Shown: piece by piece, positions 53,821 through 64,000 of the stretch
How positions within the stretch are numbered: position 1 is the stretch's first letter
How the letters are laid out: each line of letters begins with the position of its first letter
DNA from: Eledone cirrhosa
Lineage: Eukaryota
Assembly (NCBI GenBank): GCA_964016885.1
Contig: OZ024745.1
Coordinates: forward strand, 85,188,001 to 85,252,000
Length of the DNA stretch: 64,000 nucleotides
Direction: 5' to 3'
The notes under the pieces: generated by a model
Told to the model about the DNA's origin: nothing
Seen by the model: the letters and a program-made list of their open reading frames with translations, nothing else
The model's database searches: none
Translations under genes and position numbers: made by a program

Positions 53821-55645
53821 CTAGCCAACTCCACTTCACTATCTAGCTACATACACTATCTAAAAACTAAAAATAAACCATATACACTTAAATGGGAAGT
53901 GATAGGTAACGCGTCATCGTACAAACCACTTAATAAATTTTGTAACCTCTGTCTACTAGAGACCCATACTATCATCTTCTCAAACCATAACCTCCTTAAT
54001 AAAAAATCAGAAGTGTTCGCGTCTTGCCAACACCGCTTCCGACACTCCTTCCAAAACTTTAAACCCAATATATAACAATGTCAGACTTGAAACCGTCACC
54101 ACCTCTAGCAGCAATCATCAAGGGCACACCTTACACCTCATCTCCACACCCATTAATCCACTTTAACGCAATTAATGACATCCTCCTTGCACCTTTTACC
54201 TTGGAGATATCCCCATGTACTTCTACTTTTGGTATATTAGCCTTCAATTGATTGGACTACATTACACCAATGTAAACTTTAAGCACGGAATTGGTTGTGC
54301 TAACATTGTCCTGTGTATGTAGTGCCATCATTGGATAAATGGAAGATTAAGTAATTGATTTATTAACATAAAAGAGCTATATAATCTATATGCTGAGTGC
54401 AATGAATTATGTACAGGTGATATATGAGTTATAAATACATGTATGGCTTGATGGTCAGATCAGTGTCTTTGTAGGTGAGAATTGATCTCTGGACAATCCT
54501 AGTGATATTTAACTTTGCCATACAATCAGTCATGCAATGACCCAGAACTTACCAGGAGTTATATATAGAAGTGATTCTAATAAGACCCTGCCAGGTCCTG
54601 CGGGTGGACTACACTTACAAAGATCATTGATTTGGAGATCTGACTCTTCACGTGGAGTATTCGGTGGGGGCACTCTATGATGAAGGGTAATCATGCTAAT
54701 ATGAACACCTTTAGTACTTCTTGATAGACTACACTGTAATTTATAGATAAGATACTTAAATTTAGAAATTGATTATAACCTTATATGATGGGAACTCATT
54801 TGAGACACCATTAATGTACTTTAGAATAATAAATTTAGCTATAGAAATCAGTTAGTTACCTCCCCTTACGCATTAACTCCCCCTAATCACACATACACTT
54901 CCGGAATATAATACGATGTCATCTCTCACAACAAAATCAAACTACTATATGGAATCGAATTAAAGAACGACAAGCTGTGATGTTCTAGCATGGTTCACCA
55001 GGCACCCAATGTTGAATCATCGTGGATTGTGAGATGGACATGTAGTCTATAAATTGCGTTTCCTGGATTGTGAGAGTGGTGGTGTGTACGAGGACAGTGG
55101 TGCTGCTTTGCTTCTCATTTGTTATATTTTTGATATTTTTGGTGTTTCTCCACACACGAGCTTCTATATCGTACAGGTGTGTGTGAATAAGCCCCCATGA
55201 TGCTCTTAATTGCCTGCTTTGACTGCTTGTTTTACTTGTAACAATCTGCCGCACTATAATCTTGTATAAGTAGGACACGCGTGCATGCCACACGTGTGAC
55301 TGTTGCATACGCTGGCTACTCCAAACTTTCCTTTTGCTTTATCTTAGTAGACTGCCAATGTTTTATTTTAATTTTAATTTTAATTTTAATTTTAACTTTA
55401 ATTTTGTCCTTTAATATGACTGTAATCTTTGTATGTAAATTACCATGCTATATTATTATGATTGATGTCAACCCACTGTGGGTCAATATATACATATGTT
55501 TCTATATGTCTCTTGTGTTGAAAAGGAGGTCAAGTATGTTAAAAATCACTGAATAATTGCTCCGAAGATTTCAAACCTCGGTTTGGAAGAAACAATTGTA
55601 AGCAGATAAATGATTTAAACAGAACTTTGTTTCATGTAATCTCAC
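53821..55645 (+). mobile_element. Hydra-like PLE 3' fragment (EN C-terminus 53821-54073) with long 3' region ending in an HHR at 55558-55604
   Basis: TSLSSYIHYLK...LKWEVIG...CNLCLLE...LLNKKSE...CQH; TGCT-CCGAAGA-TTTCAAAC..GTTTGGAA-GAAA-CAATTG-TA-AGCA (U4C); continuity of the middle part is inferred. Confidence 0.7.
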
Positions 55646-56770
<1,125 letters not shown>

Positions 56771-56772
<2 letters not shown>

Positions 56773-56976
56773 AACGAGTAGGACCCCGACGGCTGAGCTC
56801 AAACCGTTTCGACGGCTAATTCTGGACTAAAATCATTTTTCTCCAGAATTAGCCGTCGAAACGGTTTGAGCTCAGCCGTCGGGGTCCTACTCGTCCCTAT
56901 TACCCACTCTACTACCCTAAGTATTGAGTATTTTCGTGCGTTATGGTCCACCTGGTTCCTTACCACATTTCCTTCG

Positions 56977-56980
<4 letters not shown>
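56771..56980. mobile_element. Family E fold-back: about 56-bp near-perfect inverted repeat holding two HHR 3' halves
   Basis: 56771-56826 versus 56842-56897; GAAA-CGG...CCG-TC-GGGGT. Confidence 0.8.
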
Positions 56981-57040
<60 letters not shown>

Positions 57041-57045
<5 letters not shown>

Positions 57046-57444
57046 TAGAATATTCGAAAATATTCTGTATGTTTATAATAAACATTTTGAAGACCTAATC
57101 GCTATAGAATAGAATACGTCACGTATTACAATTAGATTCTCGAGAAAAGCAAGGGAAGTAACCTACGCGTTTCATTCTTATTAGAAATCTTCAGGATTAC
57201 ATATCCTATAAGTCTCTAGCTGTGTCATTCTCGATAAAAGCACTGGATATGTAATCCTGAAGATTTCTAATAAGAATGAAACGCGTAGGTTACTTCCCTT
57301 GCTTTTATCGAGAATCTAATTGTAATACGTGACGTATTCTATTCTATAGCGATTAGGTCTTCAAAATGTTTATTATAAACATACAGAATATTTTCGAATA
57401 TTCTATGTCTATCTTCACATTTATTTCGCTATTTCAGAGCATCT

Positions 57445-57450
<6 letters not shown>
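57041..57450. mobile_element. Fold-back insert with HHRs at 57158-57200 (minus) and 57251-57293 (plus)
   Basis: GTAATC-CTGAAGA-tTTCtaataaGAAt-GAAA-CGCG-TA-GGTTAC; about 165-bp arms nearly identical. Confidence 0.88.
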
Positions 57451-57487
<37 letters not shown>

Positions 57488-57637
57488 AAGAAAAAGGGAT
57501 GAAATCGAAAATGCAAATATATATATTTAAAAAAAAAATAAGACTTCAGTTGCATTTTCGATTTCATCCCTTTTTCTTTATACTTCCACTCGTGTAGGAC
57601 ACCTCGGTTATTTTTCATTTTGTAAAAAAAACCTCAC

Positions 57638-57642
<5 letters not shown>

Positions 57643-57721
<79 letters not shown>

Positions 57722-57784
57722 GTATATATATGTATATATATGTATATATATGTATATATATATATATGTATATATATATGTATA

Positions 57785-57832
<48 letters not shown>

Positions 57833-57840
57833 CATGTATC

Positions 57841-57915
<75 letters not shown>

Positions 57916-57920
57916 GTATG

Positions 57921-58011
<91 letters not shown>

Positions 58012-58236
58012 GTATATATATATATATGTCTATATATATATATGTACATATATATATATATATGTATATATATATCTATATATATATATGTATATAGAGG
58101 TATATATATATGTATATCTATATCTATATATATATATGTATATATATATGTATATATATATATGTATATATATATATGTATATATATATGTATATATGTA
58201 TATATGTATTTATATTTATAAATATGTATATATATG

Positions 58237-58267
<31 letters not shown>

Positions 58268-58880
58268 GTATATATGTATATATATATGTATATAAATGTA
58301 TATATGTATATATATATATATATGTATATATATGTATATATATGTATATGTATATATATATGTATATATATATGTGTATATATATATATATGTATATTTA
58401 TATATGTATATATGTATATATATGTATATATATGTATATGTGCACATATATGTATATATATATGTATATGTATATGTATATATATAAGTATATGTATATA
58501 TATATATATATGTATATATATATGTATATATATATATGTATATATATATGTATATGTATATATATATGTATATATATATGTACATGTATGTCTATATGTA
58601 TATTTATATGTATATGTATATCTATATGTATTTGTATATGTATATATATGTATATGTATATGTATATATGTATATTTATATATATGTATATGTATATATA
58701 TCTATATATATATGTATATATATATGTATATATATATATGTATATATATATGTATATGTATATATATGTATATATATATGTATATATATATATGTATATA
58801 TATATGTATATATATATGTATATATATGTATATGTATATACATGTATATGTATATATATATATATATGTATATATATATG

Positions 58881-58933
<53 letters not shown>

Positions 58934-58935
58934 GA
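57643..58935. repeat. Long G-interrupted (TA)n array
   Basis: Directly visible. Confidence 0.97.
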
Positions 58936-59462
58936 ATGTATATATAGTGTATTTTGCAATACACTGTATGCTTAATTAAAAGCATTACGAAGACCTTATG
59001 CTATTGTTTTAGGGTAGTGACAGACTCACTTACTTTAATTTCAGCAAACAGGGGGAGATAAAGCTGACAAGGCCTTGTTTCTGGATTTATTGATGCTTAT
59101 CAAAGCCAGTTACTCCCCGCGTTTGCCGAAATCATGGATGTTTGGTTCTTCTAGAATTCCAGTAAATTATCAGGAACTGATTATACAGAGCGGTTACCGG
59201 TCAAGCAGAAATTAAAAATTAGAATTGGTGCTCTGCAATAGCTATATATATATGAATGTATATATAGTGTATTTTGCAATACACTGTATGCTTAATTAAA
59301 AGCATTTCGAAGACCTTCTGCTATTGTTTTACAGTAGTGACAGACTCACTTACTTTAATTTCAGCAAACATAGATAAGCATCAATAAATGATAAGCATCA
59401 ATAAATGATAAGCATCAATAAATGCAGAAACAAGGCCTTGTCAGCTTTATCTCCCCCTGTTT
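58933..59462. mobile_element. Family F non-coding tandem element (about 320-bp period); second copy at 62990-63295
   Basis: 58933-59050 repeated at 59252-59370; short inversion 59395-59462. Confidence 0.7.
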
Positions 59463-59960
59463 GTCTAAACATTGCAATGTTTAGACAAATCACAGAGGCA
59501 ATAAACATAAAAGAATTACAACCAAAATTAAATAGAAAATATGAGTAGAACAGCAACATCACAACTTACAATTAAGGACAAAATGAAAACAGACACGCAC
59601 ATAGAACAAACAACCAACCGGTAACATGTAAATAAACGAATATAAACACACACAGACACCCGGATGATTCGCATGCGCAGACTGAGCACACGACACACAC
59701 ACAGAAACAAAATGGCGTAGGACAGAACAAAGGAGAGGCACAAAAACAAAGAAAAGAATCCCCGGGCACTGAAGACGTCACAGAATGTGTGACGAAAGAA
59801 CTTTGACGATATATAAACAACTACCTGTTTGTGGAACCAACCAACCAACCAGAAATTTATAAATTCCTAAATTTATAAATTTATTATAATAAATTGAAGT
59901 GAAAGCAACTGGTGCGTGTGTTTCTTATTGGCAACATTACCCTCCCAAAGTATAACAATA
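59463..59960 (+). mobile_element. Naiad-like PLE 3' end
   Basis: Matches 51598-52113. Confidence 0.85.
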
Positions 59961-59974
59961 TATATATATATATA

Positions 59975-60111
<137 letters not shown>

Positions 60112-60160
60112 GATTCCTGATGATTTCTAATGAATGAAACAGTTCTAGTCCTGTAGAATC
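60112..60160 (+). ncRNA. Solo type I hammerhead ribozyme inside (TA)n
   Basis: GATTC-CTGATGA-tTTCtaatGAAt-GAAA-CAG...CTG-TA-GAATC. Confidence 0.85.
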
Positions 60161-60173
60161 TCTTCTATATTAA

Positions 60174-60223
<50 letters not shown>

Positions 60224-60274
60224 GTATGTATGTATATATATATGTATATATATATGTATATGTATATATGTATA

Positions 60275-61531
60275 TACACATCCAACACTTCATCAACCGC
60301 ATGCAGTTCTCTGGCTACAACCAAAGAGACAGAGTCAGAGTATACGAAGGAGCCATGGAGAAGTATAAGACCCTCATAGAACTGGACATGAAAGGAATTT
60401 GCCCATTATACAGTAGCAAATCATGGAATAGCTTAGATAGCGCTAGACATAAGATAGGGAAAAACACCTCATGGTACGACAACCAGAGATACCAGAATGT
60501 AATGTTTGTGGACGCTACCCCTGGAGGGAAATTAGCTAACCAGTGTAGAAAGGCCCTGAGAAAGACCCGCTGAAAGATTAAGGTGGTAGAAAAGCCAGAA
60601 ACCACCATAAAATCCCTGATCAGCAAAACCTACCCTTTTAAGAAAACCCACTGTACTAATAGGAAAGGTATCATATGTAAGGTAAACCCCCGGATAAACT
60701 GTAAAACTAGAAACGTAGTCTATAGCATAAGATGTACAGAGGGTACTTGCATAAACATGACAATTACATACATAGGCGAGACAGCTCGTAGCATAGGTGA
60801 AAGAAAATGCAAACACTGGGGGGAACTAAAAGGACGAAAAATCGGTTCAGTACTATACGAACATGCCAGACAACAACACGACGGTAACATAGACAACATA
60901 GAAATTAGAATAATATCTAAACATAGAAATGACCCAGCAGATAGCAAATCAGAGAGGCCAGTGAAATAGAACTTAGATGGCCAAGGCTAAACAGAAAGAA
61001 TGAATGGAATAACAACAACACCCAAACAAACAACACTGACATAAGAGAAGTATAAATAAATAGATAAATAAATAAATAAATACATACACAAGCACAATAA
61101 CACCGAACACATATAAACACACACTAGTAAAGATAGAATACATTAACCAATACACAGTCACCCAATCACGAACACACATCAAACAAAACACTATACACAC
61201 ACGCAAACGCATGCGCAAAGAAGACAATAAATTAAACAAATAAATAAATATATAAACAGACTAAATAAAGATGGCGTAGAAAATACAATGCAACGGGAGG
61301 AAACAATAGCACCATGACGATGTTGCAGATGTGCAACGAAAGAACTTTGATAAATTATATATATGTGTTTGTGTCTACATTGTATCTGTATTATTTTTGA
61401 CCGTTGGATAGTCAATGGCAACTTTGAGGACCGAATAAATTAGATTACCGATATAAAAGACACAGAAGCGAAAAGCGAAAACCAATCAAACAGTGAGTGT
61501 GTTCTGTTATTACACAAATATGACCCTCCCC

Positions 61532-61532
<1 letters not shown>
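60275..61532 (+). mobile_element. Second Naiad-like PLE family, 5'-truncated and decayed
   Basis: FINRMQFSGY, CPLY, VMFVDATPGG, VVYSIRC...[12 protein letters not shown]; degenerate HHR near 61311; ends ATGACCCTCCC. Confidence 0.85.
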
Positions 61533-61618
<86 letters not shown>

Positions 61619-61683
61619 ATATATGTATGTATATATATATATGTATGTATATATATATATATGTATATATATGTATATGTATG

Positions 61684-61718
<35 letters not shown>

Positions 61719-62074
61719 ATATATGTATATATATGTATATATGTATATATATGTATATGTATACATATATATATGTATATGTATACATATATATATGTAT
61801 GTATATGTATACATATATATATATATGTATACATATATATATATGTATACATGTATATATATATATGTATGTATATGTATACATATATATATATGTATAT
61901 GTATACATATATATGTATATGTATACATATATATATATGTCTGTATATGTATACATATATATATATGTAAATGTATACATATATATATATATGTATACAT
62001 ATATATATATATATGTATGTATATGTATACTTATATATATATATGTATATGTATACATATATATATATATATAT

Positions 62075-62728
62075 TGTTATACTTTGGGAGGGTCATGTTG
62101 CCAATAAGTAACACACGCACCAGTTGCTTTCACTTCAATTTATTATAATAAAATTATAATAAATTTATACATTTATAAATTTCTGGTTGGTTGGTTGGTT
62201 CCACAACCAGATAGTTGTTTATATATAGTCATAGTTCTTTCGTCACACACTCTGTGACCTCTTCAGTGACTGGGTATTCCTTTCTTTGTTTCTGTGCCTC
62301 TCCTTTGTTCTGTCCTACGCCATTTTGTTTCTGTGTCTGTGTTGTGTGCTCAGTCTGCACATGCGCCACATCCGGGTGTCTGTGTGTGTTTATGTTCATT
62401 TATTTATTTGTTTATTTACATGTTACTGGTTGGTTGTTTGTTCTATGTGTGTGTGTGTTTTCATTTTGTCCTTAATTGTAAGTTGTGATGTTGCTGTTTC
62501 ACTCATATTTTCTATTTAATTTTGGTTGTAATTCTTTTATGTTTATTGCCTCTGTAATTTGTCTAACCATTGCCTCTTTTCTGTGTGTAGATTCTATTTT
62601 TATTTCTATGTTCTCTAATTTACCCTTGTGTTCTATTTGGCAACATGACCCTCCCAAAGTATAACAATATCGGTTTCAACACACGATTTCAGATTAAGAA
62701 TCTTGCTAAACAAATTCAGAAACGAAGT
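62075..62728. mobile_element. Naiad-like PLE 3' ends as a fold-back (62075-62637 minus, 62638-62728 plus)
   Basis: Matches 51535-52170; HHR at 62228-62271 on the minus strand. Confidence 0.85.
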
Positions 62729-62752
62729 ATATATATATATATATGTATATGT

Positions 62753-62822
<70 letters not shown>

Positions 62823-62874
62823 ATGTATACTTATATATATGTATGTATATGTATACATATATTTATATGTATGT

Positions 62875-62909
<35 letters not shown>

Positions 62910-63339
62910 GGTATATGTATACATATATATATGTATGTATATGTATATATATATATATATATGTACGTATATGTATACATATATATATATGAACGTATAT
63001 ATAGTGTATTTTGCAATGCACTGTATGGTTAATTAAAAGCATGTCGAAGACCTTATGCTACTGTTTTAGAGTAGTGACAGTCTCCTTACTGTAAACTTTC
63101 AGCAAACAGATGAGATAAATTTGACAGAGCTATGTTTAGTACTGATTGGTAGTTATCAAAGCCAAGTACTCCACCTGTTTGCTGGAAATCATGATTGTTT
63201 GATTATTATAGAATTTCTAGTAATAATCAGGAACTGATTATACAGAGCGGTTGCCGGTCAAGCAAAAATTGAAAATTAGAATTGGCGCTAGATGGAACCC
63301 CCCATAGCAAACGTACAAGGACACGTAATCGCCACCGTA

Positions 63340-64000
63340 ACGTCCTATGATTCCCCCCCCACACCCTACTCTCGGAGTGTGGCCTCCAACATACCCCGGA
63401 TGTTCTTCGAAGCCTTAGAGAAAAACTTCCCGCCCAACCATAGGTATAGAAAAATTCTTAATAGGAACAATATAAAAATATCCTTCTCTACTACTCCTAA
63501 CCTAGCAGACATCATAGGAACAACGAACCACAGTAAGATCACCAAGACACAGCACCTCGACTCAGACGCTCCTACACCTGACAATAACTATATCGGCCTT
63601 AACAACTCCCTGGCAGAATCCAATAGTGTTGGCAACGGCATCCGCAGACGCAACCAGCATAACCGCGAAATGACTGGGGAACATGCAGGACATGACGTGC
63701 GGAATAACAATCGCACCACGCCGCGTGCTGTGGGTTGTAATTGTGCTAACGACAGCTGCGGTAGCGTAGGTAACAACGTCGGCAGCAGCAATGATAGCCT
63801 TACCGTGGGAAATAGACGGAACCGCGACAGAAATTGCAACTGCCGCGACAGAAGACGCTGCCCCCTTAGAGGATACTGCTTGACTGATAGGGTTATATAT
63901 AGATGCACTATAACTAGCCACAATAACGTTAAACATTATATAGGGGCTACCTCCGGCCCGTTCAAAATTAGGTTTCTAACACATCTCCACTGTTTCACAA
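63340..64000 (+). mobile_element. Hydra-like PLE fragment (thumb, Asn-rich linker, GIY-YIG start), runs off window end
   Basis: FPPNHRYRKILNRNNIKISFSTTPN...CNCRDRRRCPLRGYC...VIY...YIGAT. Confidence 0.88.

Noticed and set aside
60571-60573. In-frame TGA in a Naiad-like ORF as possible selenocysteine
   Set aside because: It aligns to Leu in the 49816 element, all zinc-finger Cys codons are TGT/TGC, and no SECIS was evident; most likely a nonsense mutation.

Overview
Eukaryotic, very AT-rich, apparently gene-free DNA (animal, probably an invertebrate with a microsatellite-rich genome; the species cannot be read from the sequence). Roughly 40 short or truncated retroelement inserts sit between long interrupted (TA)n arrays. 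Nearly all listed ORFs (poly-IY/VY/TH) are microsatellite translation artefacts. Real coding remnants are: Penelope-like elements (PLEs, RT plus C-terminal GIY-YIG) of three types (Hydra-like, one nearly full length at 37641-41972; Neptune-like; Naiad-like); CR1-group LINEs (APE+RT); an R4/Dong-like RT fragment; and a short RTE-derived element. The most striking signal, found by eye, is an extreme density of type I hammerhead ribozymes (HHRs): about 16 sequence families and more than 30 copies in 64 kb. Most have family-specific palindromic stem III sequences, and four families carry the compensatory U3-A8 core (TTGANAA) instead of C3-G8. Many inserts are fold-back or head-to-head structures with both outer ends in (TA)n, several are non-coding retrozyme-like tandem units, and the (TA)n arrays show a strong one-strand A-to-G bias. 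All folds and clade calls are manual and uncomputed.
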